A stretch of 64,000 nt of DNA from Nitrososphaerota archaeon (GCA_041641295.1 JBEPYO010000001.1:576001-640000), one strand, 5' to 3'. Shown: positions 50,675 to 60,326, counted from the first letter of the stretch. Numbers and translations are program-made. Notes: generated from the sequence alone by a model not told the origin.

Positions 50675-51280
50675 TTGAGGATGCCTAAAAAAGGCAGGAA
50701 TGGAGCGAGCCCCAGAGGAGGGCGCCACAAGCTATCATATCTTGTAGCCCTCATCCCCGCGGCTGTCTTCGTGGGTCTTATCGTGTTCCTATTATCACAG
50801 CCCGCCGCTCAGCCGCCCATCACACAGGTATCCCCTACAGCCGAGAGAAAGGAGGCACCGGACTTCGTATTGAGAAAGCTCACCCCCAACGGCCTGAGCG
50901 ATGAGACATTCACCCTTTCATCTGCCAGGGGTAGGGTGGTCTTCCTAGACTTCGCATGGTGGCGGTGCCCACATTGTAACAACATGGAGCCGGTGATTAA
51001 GGACCTCTACTCGGAGTTCAGCGGTCGAGGAGTCGTCTTCGTTACCGTGCTACTCGATGACATGCAGAGCAGTGTCTCGGATAGTGCCCGCTTCGTCGCC
51101 CAGCATGAAATTCCTTGGACGGCTCTCTGGGACGAGGGAGGGAGAGTTTTCAGCCGGTATGGAATAAGGGAGACCCCCACTTATGTCATAATAAACAGGG
51201 AGGGTAAGATTGTCACGGTCGTGAAGGGTGAGCAGCAAAGGCAGGTTCTCGCCGACATTTTGAGATCGGTTCTAGGGTGA
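50675..51280 (+). CDS. Membrane-anchored TlpA/ResA-like thioredoxin
   Basis: TM anchor, APDF, WRCPHC, ETP. Confidence 0.85.
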   Translation: MRMPKKGRNGASPRGGRHKLSYLVALIPAAVFVGLIVFLLSQPAAQPPITQVSPTAERKEAPDFVLRKLTPNGLSDETFTLSSARGRVVFLDFAWWRCPHCNNMEPVIKDLYSEFSGRGVVFVTVLLDDMQSSVSDSARFVAQHEIPWTALWDEGGRVFSRYGIRETPTYVIINREGKIVTVVKGEQQRQVLADILRSVLG

Positions 51281-51732
51281 TAGGTGGCTTGGGCCACTGG
51301 TCGCCTCCACGCATGGCGTACCTATCCTCAGCCATCCTCTCAGCCGCAGGTCTCCCCCTCTCGATCTATCTAGTCTCACCGGGCGAGCTCCCCCAGTTCT
51401 GCGAGGTTGGGAGCAGATTCTCCTGCGTGACGGTAATCCACAGCGAGTACTCCAGATTCATGGGCATACCTGTTGCAGCTGTTGGGGCTTTATGGTTTGG
51501 AGGGGCCCTAGCCCTGTCCTTGGCAGCGGTGGCTGGGCTCAGGGTTGGGAACATCCTCCTATACTGGTCGGTCCTAGGCGTTCTCGGCGCTCTGGCCCTA
51601 CTCTTCGTCGAGATATTCATGATAGGGAGTATATGCCTGCTCTGCACCTTTGCGCACGCAGCAGGGGCAGGGATCTTTGCAGCAGCCTACCTAGCACATA
51701 TCTGGACTCAGCCGCCCATAACCTCTGGGTAG
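51277..51732 (+). CDS. VKOR family disulfide-bond formation protein
   Basis: C..C.TVIHSEYSRFMGIPVA and CLLC motifs. Confidence 0.9.
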   Translation: MIGGLGHWSPPRMAYLSSAILSAAGLPLSIYLVSPGELPQFCEVGSRFSCVTVIHSEYSRFMGIPVAAVGALWFGGALALSLAAVAGLRVGNILLYWSVLGVLGALALLFVEIFMIGSICLLCTFAHAAGAGIFAAAYLAHIWTQPPITSG

Positions 51733-51947
51733 AAGTAGAAAGTCTTCCCCACCTCCCTTATGACCTCACCCACCTCAGCAGCCTCGTCTATCACCTTCCC
51801 CCTACCCACAAGTTTAAAGAAGGCTCCAGAGACGCCTATCTCCCTCGAAACCCGGTCTATAAGCTGTTCTACACGCTCGTTGAGAGACACCTCGATCTTG
51901 AACCTCCGCGCAGGGCCTATGAGCGGTATAATCTCGATTACCTCCAT
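51708..51947 (-). CDS. Ubiquitin-like beta-grasp protein with C-terminal GG
   Basis: 79 aa; FKLVGRGKVID resembles ubiquitin RLIFAGKQLE; ends VMGG*. Confidence 0.7.
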   Translation of the reverse strand: MEVIEIIPLIGPARRFKIEVSLNERVEQLIDRVSREIGVSGAFFKLVGRGKVIDEAAEVGEVIREVGKTFYFYPEVMGG

Positions 51948-52104
51948 TCCACCCGCCCTTCCGCACCCCCCATATTTTAAGGGAGCAGGATCTAGCGGGT
52001 GGGGGATTTCTTGGGTATATAGGGAAAATTATCGGACGCAGCTCGAGGTGGGGTGGAGAAAACTCTATTATCGGTTAGGGGGGTTTAGCTGTGAGCTGAG
52101 GGGC

Positions 52105-52545
52105 TTGGGAGCTGGGCTGGACGAGATGGATAGAAAAATCATAGAGTTGATGAGGCTTGACGCTAGGAGGAGCTATCAGTCAATAGGTAAAGAGCTCGGG
52201 GTCTCGGAGGGGACCGTCAGGAAGAGGGTGAAGAGGCTGATAGAGGCTGGAGTCATAAAGCGCTTCACAATTGAGGTTGAGAAGCCCCAGCAGGTCCAAG
52301 CAATATCCATGATCTCTGTAGACCCCTCTGTCCCAACCCCCGTCGTCGCCGAGAAGCTTGCGAAGGTCCGGGGGGTCGAGAAGGTCTACGAGATCACAGG
52401 AGAATATGACGCCTTAGTCATTATCTCTATGGATAGCATCGCAGAGCTTAACAGGTGTATTGAGGAGATTAGGATGATTCAGGGTGTGAAGGAAACTAAC
52501 ACGGCGATGGTTCTCAGGGTCGTGACCCCTCAATTAGCCGGATGA
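52105..52545 (+). CDS. Lrp/AsnC family transcriptional regulator
   Basis: LDEMDRKII..DARRSY..IG..LGVSEGTVRKRV, YEITGEYD; start revised. Confidence 0.9.
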   Translation: MGAGLDEMDRKIIELMRLDARRSYQSIGKELGVSEGTVRKRVKRLIEAGVIKRFTIEVEKPQQVQAISMISVDPSVPTPVVAEKLAKVRGVEKVYEITGEYDALVIISMDSIAELNRCIEEIRMIQGVKETNTAMVLRVVTPQLAG

Positions 52546-53023
52546 CCTTCTCGACAGCCTCCTTGGGAGTCTGTGCAGTGTGTATGAGAGTCTTGTGCCT
52601 ATCGTCTAAATACTTGCCAGCGTATTCATCCGCTACGCCCCCTGAGCCCACTAAGGCGACGACGGGTTTCTCCTCCAAGTAGGCCGCCGCGACCTCTATG
52701 AGGGTTCCCGCACCTCCGCCAACCACTATGACACCGTCCGCCGACCAGACATTAACCATGTTCCTCATGTGGCTTAGCCCCGTCGCGATCTTGACAGTGC
52801 TATAGGGGTTGGCCTGCGAGGTGTCCTTCTGGGGCAGGATAGATACAGTGATGCCTCCGTGCTCGTAGGCTCCCCTCGCCGCCGAGGCCATCACTCCACC
52901 AAGCCCGCCCGTCAGAAGAATATGTCCACGCCGCGCAACCTCCGCACCCACCTCATAGGCTAAAGCCCTAGCTACGTCGGTACAGGAATCCTCGTTATAG
53001 CCCACAACAAGTATCTGATACAT
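52514..53023 (-). CDS. TIGR00725/SLOG (LOG-like) Rossmann protein
   Basis: TGGLGGVM, RN, GGGAGTLIE. Confidence 0.85.
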   Translation of the reverse strand: MYQILVVGYNEDSCTDVARALAYEVGAEVARRGHILLTGGLGGVMASAARGAYEHGGITVSILPQKDTSQANPYSTVKIATGLSHMRNMVNVWSADGVIVVGGGAGTLIEVAAAYLEEKPVVALVGSGGVADEYAGKYLDDRHKTLIHTAQTPKEAVEKVIRLIEGSRP

Positions 53024-53079
53024 GTGTAGCCACCTCCGTAGACTTACACCTTCCTACCATCTCAAAAAATGTGCCTTTT

Positions 53080-53607
53080 TTAAGGGCGGTGTCGCCTGTG
53101 CTTTCCCTCACCCTTGGCCTGGTTCACCGCCGCATCCACGACGTTGGCGTCCATCAGGGCGAGTAGGAGTTCGTCATAGTTCTTCTCAATATCCACTAGG
53201 GCGCTGTCGGGGGAGGTTATGTCCACCATTCTTTTACATTTCCAGACATACCCACCGCCCTTAAGATTCAGCCTAGTGAACACACCCACAAGCCTTCTGT
53301 CCAAGTCGTAGTTAGGCCACGGCAGGATGTATTCGACAAAGCAGAATCTGTACGCTTTCTCATGGACATCCCCGTAGAAGGTGTTGAAGTAGAGGTTGAG
53401 CGGCTCATCCCTCACATAGGTCTCCCAAGTCGTGTACCGCGTGTAGAATGGGACCCAGCCATCCTCCCGGAGCTCCATATCCTCCAGGGAGATTGGGCGC
53501 TTCCAAGCAGATGGAAAGAACCCGCGCATCTCAAGGAGCGGTAAAATTGCCCTCTGAATAATCCCCTGCCTCATCAACTCTATCCTCTCCCTGAGGCTAA
53601 GATTCAT
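53080..53607 (-). CDS. Hypothetical protein
   Basis: 175-aa ORF with host-like codon usage; no motif recognised. Confidence 0.55.
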   Translation of the reverse strand: MNLSLRERIELMRQGIIQRAILPLLEMRGFFPSAWKRPISLEDMELREDGWVPFYTRYTTWETYVRDEPLNLYFNTFYGDVHEKAYRFCFVEYILPWPNYDLDRRLVGVFTRLNLKGGGYVWKCKRMVDITSPDSALVDIEKNYDELLLALMDANVVDAAVNQAKGEGKHRRHRP

Positions 53608-53731
53608 TCCTCATCACTCGCCAAGCAGCTCGGCCACGACCCGCGAGCCAATCATTCTCCGCCAAACGGACGCTAAATCTTACTACATAGCGGTTTAAAT
53701 AACCTTAACTCAGTTATGAGAGAGGGTCAAA

Positions 53732-54511
53732 ATGATAGTCGTAGACGCTAATGAGGCCTCTGAGAACTCTAAGATGGTTGAGGCTCTTAAAAAAGTGGTG
53801 GAAGTCGCCGTCAAGCCCTTGGAGGCGGGAGACTACCTGATACTCGGCTCGAGGGGACAGGCGCTCATAGAGAGGAAGAGGATCTTCGACTTTCTAAACA
53901 GCTTGAAGGGTAGGCTGTGGGACCAGCTTACCGCCCTCAAGAGCTTCGAGGGTGAGAAGCTGCTTATTCTTGAGGGCTACCTGGGGCTTTATAGGAAGAG
54001 TAAGTGGAATGAGACAGCGGTTCTCGGGCTGATCGACCGGATCGTGCTGGAGTGGGGGATACCGATTATACCCACGCCCGACGTAAGGGCCACGCTCACT
54101 TATCTGGTGTGGAAGCATAAGAGGCTGGGCGAGGAGGAGAGGCTTAGAGAGTATCCTTTGAGGGTCAGTGGTAGGGAGATGACACCCCAAGAGCAGGCGC
54201 TCTACACGCTTGAGGGCCTCTGCGGACACAAGACAGCCAAGGCCCTCCTAGCCCAGTTCAAGACGCTGGGAAACGTTATAGCCATCTTCCACAACCGCCC
54301 GATACTTGAAGTCGAGAAGGCGCTCAGGGATGTAAAGGTTGGGGGGCGCAGAATACCTTCAACCACGATAAAGAAGATGCATGTAGCCGTAAACACGGTT
54401 TATACGGAGCCCAGCCAAGCTGGTGTGGAGGGTGTCGATGCCCAGTCCAGCAGAGAGAGCGGAGAAGGTGATGGCAGCAGTCAGGGAGCTCAAGGAGAAG
54501 GGGGGTTATGA
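53732..54511 (+). CDS. ERCC4/XPF family nuclease (short form)
   Basis: IVVDANE, GDY, IERKRIFD, C-terminal HhH-like region. Confidence 0.85.
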   Translation: MIVVDANEASENSKMVEALKKVVEVAVKPLEAGDYLILGSRGQALIERKRIFDFLNSLKGRLWDQLTALKSFEGEKLLILEGYLGLYRKSKWNETAVLGLIDRIVLEWGIPIIPTPDVRATLTYLVWKHKRLGEEERLREYPLRVSGREMTPQEQALYTLEGLCGHKTAKALLAQFKTLGNVIAIFHNRPILEVEKALRDVKVGGRRIPSTTIKKMHVAVNTVYTEPSQAGVEGVDAQSSRESGEGDGSSQGAQGEGGL

Positions 54512-54860
54512 AAAGGCCTACGAGCTGATAAATCAGATCAAGGACCTATGCCCGCCGGGAATCGAGTGGGGCTTCGAGCTGGCCAGGGTGGCGGGAATCT
54601 CATACATCGCTGAGGGAGGCAGGATAGTGGTCCTGAGCGTATCGAGGGGTGAGTTCGGCCCCTTCATGGATTCGCGGATGAGGGTGATCTCGGTGGACAA
54701 TATCCCTGTCAATGCCCTGTCAGGCGTAGTATCTGACCCCGAAGGCTTCCTCGACTCTTTCGTCAACCACCTACATCAGTGGCTTAAGAGCTCATCCCCA
54801 AACAACCCTCTGCGGTCTGAAGTATTAGAGTTTGTTAAAGCGCTATCCGCTAAGAGGTAG
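54438..54860 (+). CDS. Hypothetical protein
   Basis: ORF overlapping the 3' end of the ERCC4 gene; no motif recognised. Confidence 0.55.
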   Translation: MPSPAERAEKVMAAVRELKEKGGYEKAYELINQIKDLCPPGIEWGFELARVAGISYIAEGGRIVVLSVSRGEFGPFMDSRMRVISVDNIPVNALSGVVSDPEGFLDSFVNHLHQWLKSSSPNNPLRSEVLEFVKALSAKR

Positions 54861-54869
54861 GCAGCCCAC

Positions 54870-55340
54870 CTACCCTTTCAGCCGCTTTATTATCTCCTCA
54901 GCCTCGAGCTTACCCTTCTCGGAGAGCCTGTAGATCTTCACTCCCGACTGGTCGGTGTCGGCCACGAAGTGGTCCTTGTAGGGCTTTCTGAAGAACTCGG
55001 TGTCAAGCCAGCTCTTCGGCACCTCCTTCCCCAGCTCCCGCGTCCTCTGGTTTATCTGCTCCCTACTCATGGGCCCCTCATAGTAGAGTAGCAGCTCGAC
55101 AAGCTCCCTATACGTGAGTGATTCGAGGTGTTGTAGGAGGTCCTGCGGAAACCTCTTGGCTGCCTGCTGGGCCGAAGGTGCGTGTTCTTGTGCGAGATGC
55201 CCCACCGACTGCTGGGCGAGCGCCACGGCCTCCCCCAGCCCCGACGCCTCAACCGAGCCCCGAACCCTAAGCTTCAGCATCGGCGATAACTGAAGCTCAA
55301 CCTCCACCTCATACTCTCTATTCTTTTCTCCGTGCTGCAT
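54870..55340 (-). CDS. Hypothetical protein with C-terminal winged-helix
   Basis: LLLYYEGPMSREQI...YRLSEKGK. Confidence 0.55.
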   Translation of the reverse strand: MQHGEKNREYEVEVELQLSPMLKLRVRGSVEASGLGEAVALAQQSVGHLAQEHAPSAQQAAKRFPQDLLQHLESLTYRELVELLLYYEGPMSREQINQRTRELGKEVPKSWLDTEFFRKPYKDHFVADTDQSGVKIYRLSEKGKLEAEEIIKRLKG

Positions 55341-55372
55341 AGCATAAGATGGGCCCAGATACAATAAATCCT

Positions 55373-55906
55373 TTAACCGCTTGGACGTGGCTCGGTTTTT
55401 CCAAGACTAAGGATCTGTGAGGGCCTGAGTACCGATACTCCAGTGACACCTCCGAGGACCTCTATTAGCACTATCCAGTCGGGGTTCTCGAGGTTCACTT
55501 TGCGGTCCACCCTGGCCGCTACCGCCTCTATCACCTCGCGGCTCGAGAGCTGCGTGTGCCGCTTCTCCACGACCACCTTATACGTCGCATCAGGCGGTAT
55601 CTTGTCCTTCAGCCGGTCTACAGTCGCGGCTATCTCCTCAATCTTGCTTTGGGCCACAAGCTCTACAGGTATCAGCCTCATGATGCCCTCCACCTTGATG
55701 GGCTCCTTGGCTGCAATCTCTCTAGCCCTCTCGACGACCTGGAATGGGTCTAGCCGAGTGTAGGCCGTTAAGACGCCCTGAATCTTGGTTATCTCCACCT
55801 GGGGGTTCTCGTCACCCATCTCGCCCAGGAGGCTTGATAGTGTTGCTACACCCAGGACCTCCTGCCCTCTAAGGGTTGTCGCTATCAAGTTGAATGGCCT
55901 GGTCAT
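55373..55906 (-). CDS. THUMP domain protein
   Basis: FNLIATT.RG.E, RLIPV, KVNLENPDWIVLIEVLG. Confidence 0.9.
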   Translation of the reverse strand: MTRPFNLIATTLRGQEVLGVATLSSLLGEMGDENPQVEITKIQGVLTAYTRLDPFQVVERAREIAAKEPIKVEGIMRLIPVELVAQSKIEEIAATVDRLKDKIPPDATYKVVVEKRHTQLSSREVIEAVAARVDRKVNLENPDWIVLIEVLGGVTGVSVLRPSQILSLGKTEPRPSG

Positions 55907-56317
55907 CCGGCTAGTAAAGGTGCGCGCAGGGACAAAAACATCTCTCACCACCATTAGAGGGGTATCTCGGCTAACCTCCTGCCTCGTAGAACGCCTGGCC
56001 AGTCGGGCAAACCCCCATCTAAGAGGCTTGCACTATCCAAAACCAGAAAAACCAGCACATACATTTAAACAAATAGACATCACGGCGAAAATAGTGTAAC
56101 AAAATAAACCTATCACATGGGATTCCAGGCATTTACTAAGAACGGAGAGATAGAGCGTGATAATAGCACCGTCAGCGAGTTTTTGTCATGGGGTCAGAAA
56201 CATGACCACTGGTTCTCTAAGAAGCATGATTGGTCTCCTTTGCTCAGGATTGAGGCTACGCTTGGCAAGAACTATCTTATATTAAGGTGCATCCCAGACT
56301 TAGCCATAATACAACAC

Positions 56318-56950
56318 CTACAACCATCCTAGAAGGGCCTCCACTAGTGAACTAACGTTACTGCTGTTGCTGATGAGGATGGAGGGATGTGAATGATCTC
56401 CTTCGCGCTCCATCTTAAAGCCTACCTGAGGCGGGTCGAAGTAAGCGGGGTTTCTTACGACCCCTGTCTCTGTAGTAATCTTATCCAATCCAGCCATTTC
56501 CAAGGCCACGAAGAACTTGGAGGTAGCCCCACCTATCATAACTAGCTTCGCACCGCTTAAAGCAGCATTTCTAAGGAAGACAAGTAGCCTAGGATCACTC
56601 AAACTCTTCTCGAACCACTCGCCTCCGAATACGACCAACGTGTTAGCGCTCAGCGCCACATCTCCCGGAATATCTGCTAAAGATGTTATACGAGCCCCTC
56701 TAAATTCAAGCTCTTTAACAACTTCAGACGCCAACTTACCACCGCCTATATGAAGAACCATAAAATTACTTAAATCGCGCTGCACGCTCCATCCTCCCGG
56801 TGTTTGAATACTCCGTGACCACATTGTTGATAGTAGAAAACTTGAAGATAATATAATGATTAATGCTGATAGTACAATCAACCCCAACATAATCATGCTT
56901 TTTCTTTCTTTGATCGATAAAAGTTTCCTATCTACATGGATTATCATCAC
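56318..56950 (-). CDS. Hypothetical exported/membrane-anchored protein
   Basis: N-terminal hydrophobic helix; lies in the AT-rich islet. Confidence 0.6.
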   Translation of the reverse strand: MMIIHVDRKLLSIKERKSMIMLGLIVLSALIIILSSSFLLSTMWSRSIQTPGGWSVQRDLSNFMVLHIGGGKLASEVVKELEFRGARITSLADIPGDVALSANTLVVFGGEWFEKSLSDPRLLVFLRNAALSGAKLVMIGGATSKFFVALEMAGLDKITTETGVVRNPAYFDPPQVGFKMEREGDHSHPSILISNSSNVSSLVEALLGWL

Positions 56951-57326
56951 TAAGCTTGTATTGTCAACTTCTACTTAAGCTTAGTTCATATTCTCATTTA
57001 AGGTGGTTGTATCCGCGACAGGCCTGTTACCGAATGGGCTCTCTCATATGCGCTTACATTCTGGAGAGGATTATCAAGACGGCACCAATCTCTATCAGGC
57101 CTAATAAATTGACAAGTGTCCCGACACAGCCCACTTTCACGGTACTGAAGACTGCCTCATTTAAGATGTTGTCGCTAAAATGCTAACTATACAAAATATG
57201 AAGACTCTTAAAAAGGACTGTGATAGACTCCATCAGACCTTAAATGACCTCCCTTATATTTGGACACCACATACCAAAAAATAAAAGAAAGGTAAGTAAT
57301 GCTTAGTATATGGAGGGTAGCGGTAT

Positions 57327-58337
57327 TTGAAAAACGTCACCCTCATTTTTGACGATAAATGTGCTATATGTCGGAGACTTGCCACTGATGTGAAAAAATA
57401 TTCTTATGGGTTAATAAGGGCATTACCGCTTGACAGCGGCGAATCGAAAGAGTTGCTCCATAAACTATATGGTGAACACCCTCCCAACAGCTTCTTTCTA
57501 ATTCAGCAAGATGGAAGCTATATACAGGTGAGTTATGGTATCAGGGCAGCTTTTAAAATAGCTAGTCTGGTGGGTCTCAAGAATGCTGTGAGGCTTTTTG
57601 CATCTTATCTCGACTATCACAGGGTGCTCAGGAGGTCGTTGAGGTCAAACATATGCTGTAATAATGGAACTATAGCGATTAATGTGGCTAAACGTCGAAC
57701 ATTAAACTTCCTAATTAGGGGCGGGGTCTTATTAGCATTTTACGCATTGCTAGGGTCTTGGCTTATTCCCAAGACTCTCGGAGAACAGCGGGAAAGACCT
57801 ATAAGAATAATTGAGACAAGACGAGTAGCTGGTGAAGAAAAAAGGAATATCTTAGGGGGTGTCATCTCTGATAATGACTTCCTAAATGCAATGCACTGGC
57901 TAATCAGAAATTCCTTCACGCCTCAGATCAATGACGCTAGCGTGGAGCATATTTTTGCCCAGGCTGGTGAGACACAGCTGGTCTTTCTCAAAGTACAAAT
58001 ACCATTCAGAGGTGAGGGGGACCCCCAACTGCTCTTCATAAGAGGCATAGAGGGTCCGCTGAAGGATGAAAAAGTGGCTCTAGCGTCTTATATTTCTCCA
58101 GATGGCCACCAACACGGATTCGCGAGTAAAGATGGAATAACCAGAGAGGTTACCTATGGGAGCCATGATCCTCTAGGCTGCGGAATCTGCTTAGCCAGAT
58201 GCGTGGTGCTCACTTGCTGGACATGTTGGATCGCATGCGCATATGCGTCTACGGGTGTAGGTGTTGCGCTTTGCCTCGTATGCACCCTAGTATCTTGTCC
58301 ATTCTGTTTTACGGGGTGTTACTCGTACTGTCGGTAG
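57327..58337 (+). CDS. DCC1-like thiol-disulfide domain fused to twin-Arg signal, pro-region and 12-Cys peptide (halocin C8-like precursor)
   Basis: LIFDDKCAIC at the N-terminus; KRRTLNFL plus hydrophobic stretch near aa 122-148; 12 Cys in the last ~52 aa. Confidence 0.65.
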   Translation: MKNVTLIFDDKCAICRRLATDVKKYSYGLIRALPLDSGESKELLHKLYGEHPPNSFFLIQQDGSYIQVSYGIRAAFKIASLVGLKNAVRLFASYLDYHRVLRRSLRSNICCNNGTIAINVAKRRTLNFLIRGGVLLAFYALLGSWLIPKTLGEQRERPIRIIETRRVAGEEKRNILGGVISDNDFLNAMHWLIRNSFTPQINDASVEHIFAQAGETQLVFLKVQIPFRGEGDPQLLFIRGIEGPLKDEKVALASYISPDGHQHGFASKDGITREVTYGSHDPLGCGICLARCVVLTCWTCWIACAYASTGVGVALCLVCTLVSCPFCFTGCYSYCR

Positions 58338-58358
58338 GTTGTCAAACCCTTTTGATAG

Positions 58359-58730
58359 GTGTTAGCGACCATGTCTATGGATTATGATTGGAAGAGAGCT
58401 AGGAGAATTGCAGTATATCACATAATGTTGGGATTGATGTTTTTAATACCTACTTTACTTGGTCCATTTGCTCTGCTCTTAAACTTAGACGTATATTGGC
58501 CTCGTGGTTGGTATTGGTTATATGTAGCTCCGCCGATATACGGGTCTATGGCAGTCCACAACTTCCTTATAGCTTATGGTCTACGGAGGAAGAGGCCTTG
58601 GGCGTGGCGTGAGACGGCTCTCAAGGACCCAAGATGGTACGCCTCAAGACGCTCAATACTCTCGGCAATAGCAATAACAATCATAATAGTTGTGTCAATT
58701 ATAATATTATTTTTTTCATATGCGGGGTGA
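58359..58730 (+). CDS. Three-TM membrane protein (candidate immunity protein)
   Basis: Three hydrophobic segments with a basic loop; directly downstream of and co-oriented with the Cys-rich precursor. Confidence 0.55.
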   Translation: MLATMSMDYDWKRARRIAVYHIMLGLMFLIPTLLGPFALLLNLDVYWPRGWYWLYVAPPIYGSMAVHNFLIAYGLRRKRPWAWRETALKDPRWYASRRSILSAIAITIIIVVSIIILFFSYAG

Positions 58731-59111
58731 TGCTCTCACGTTCCAGCCCCTCACAACCTTGTAGACATACTTGATGACCTTATCGTCGAAGGGCCTCCAC
58801 TATTGTGGATGTGGATGACGCCATAGAACACTCTCTCATCTCTTCAGCAGTATATGAAATATGTATCATCCACCCACCTCAGTCTCCTTGGCCTCTAATA
58901 CTCCAGTGCAAACATCGCCCTCGTCGTCCCTCAGCTCAAACTCCTTCAGCTTGGCAATTCTCTCGGATAGCGGCTCATCAAACCTGACATAAGTCCGCCA
59001 GGGCCTATACCCTTTAGACGAATATTCCAACCACTCACGGTTGCTCGAATTGGGAGTAGTGGATATAAACGGTTGAGGCCCGACAGAACAGAACACCCCA
59101 GATCTAAACAA
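58730..59111 (-). pseudogene. Degraded gene remnant
   Basis: Coding-like fragments in shifting frames (WRTYVRFDEPLSERIAKL..., DERVFYGVIHIH, FDDKVIKYVYKVVRGW) separated by stops. Confidence 0.35.
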
Positions 59112-59388
59112 CCAAAATCACTAATGAAGGGAATAATAAGAGAGTGAACAGGAGAATTAGGACAAGAAGGAAAAATAGGGGAAGTTGGCCGGGCGGCACT
59201 CCACCAGAGAACCCGGAAGATCCAGGCAGCAGTGCTACGACCTAAGCTTGTTGGGGGTTAAAATCCTTATATCTGATGGAAGAGTATTGGTATAGTCCAC
59301 TTTGAGGACAGGGTTATAGAGATTCCCACACAAGCTAAGAAGTTAACAGTTAAATCCCTGGTTGTGTTGATATGATTTAAGATGCCTC

Positions 59389-59955
59389 ATGAGTGAAGAA
59401 TGGTGGCGTAGGAGGAGGTTCTTCCGGCCCTTCGAGTTCATCGATGAGATGATGAGGGAGTTTGAGCGCTGGTTTGAGGAGGAGTTTAGAAGGTTTGAGA
59501 GGGAGTGGCCCAAGGAGCTGGTGAGGGAGGTTAGGACCCCGACTGGGGTGCGGAGGGAGATAGGCCCGATAGTCTATGGATACTCAATAACGATAGGCCC
59601 TGATGGGCGACCAGTCGTCAGGGAGTTCGGGAACGTCAGGCCGAGCAGGCGCGGAGAACTCCCAGCCCTCACCGTGGAGAGGGAGCCGCTAGTCGACATG
59701 ATAGTCGAGGATGAGCAGATAAAAGTGGTAGCCGAGGTCCCAGGCGTCAGGAAGGAGGACATTAACCTGACTGTGCGCGACTCCAGACTCATCATCAAGG
59801 TTGACACAGAGACTAGGAAATATTACAAGGAGCTGGACCTGCCTGAGGAGGTTGAGCCCGAGAAGGCTAAGGCCACTTATAACAACGGAGTCCTCGAGGT
59901 GGTTTTGCCCAAGAAGGGAGGCGGTCACCCGCCGAAGACCATAAAGGTCGAGTAG
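59389..59955 (+). CDS. hsp20: Archaeal small heat shock protein
   Basis: GPIVYGYSITIGPDGRP..REFGN, EVPGV.KEDI, ATYNNGVLEV. Confidence 0.95.
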   Translation: MSEEWWRRRRFFRPFEFIDEMMREFERWFEEEFRRFEREWPKELVREVRTPTGVRREIGPIVYGYSITIGPDGRPVVREFGNVRPSRRGELPALTVEREPLVDMIVEDEQIKVVAEVPGVRKEDINLTVRDSRLIIKVDTETRKYYKELDLPEEVEPEKAKATYNNGVLEVVLPKKGGGHPPKTIKVE

Positions 59956-59986
59956 CTGGGCTCCTGAGCATCCATTTTTTTAAACG

Positions 59987-60313
59987 CTAGTCTGGCCAGC
60001 TCCAATACTTGTAGAGTATGTATGCTTCGCCGCGCTTGAAGAACCTGTGTTTTACCTCGCTGAACCTGAACCTAGATGCCTCGGGGCGCGGAGTCATTCT
60101 TTCAACCCCCTCCGACTCGATTATCCTGAATCCTACAACGTCTCCGATCCTAGAGCCGTAAGGGTGAGTGGCACTCTTCATCATCGTGTCTATAAGGTAT
60201 GACGCGACGTTCTCGGCCTCCTCTCTCGTCGATAGTCCGCCGCTTAGTCCGAACTCCTCCTGCCCCACCCAGCCCCTACCCTGGACGAAGAATTCTATCA
60301 CATAGAGACCCAT
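59987..60313 (-). CDS. Hypothetical protein
   Basis: 108-aa ORF, co-oriented with the upstream membrane protein. Confidence 0.55.
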   Translation of the reverse strand: MGLYVIEFFVQGRGWVGQEEFGLSGGLSTREEAENVASYLIDTMMKSATHPYGSRIGDVVGFRIIESEGVERMTPRPEASRFRFSEVKHRFFKRGEAYILYKYWSWPD

Positions 60314-60326
60314 TCAGCCTTCACCT

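Noticed and set aside
51760-52104. Long N-terminal extension of the Lrp regulator
   Set aside because: It is the antisense of the ubiquitin-like gene plus promoter DNA; the Lrp domain starts near 52105
56117-56332. 71-aa ORF (and 56956-57186) as genes
   Set aside because: No recognisable motif or clear expression signals
59185-59245. 5S rRNA, SRP RNA or tRNA att remnant
   Set aside because: Only short matches (GAACCCGGAAG, TTGG.CCGGGCGG); the rest of each structure is absent
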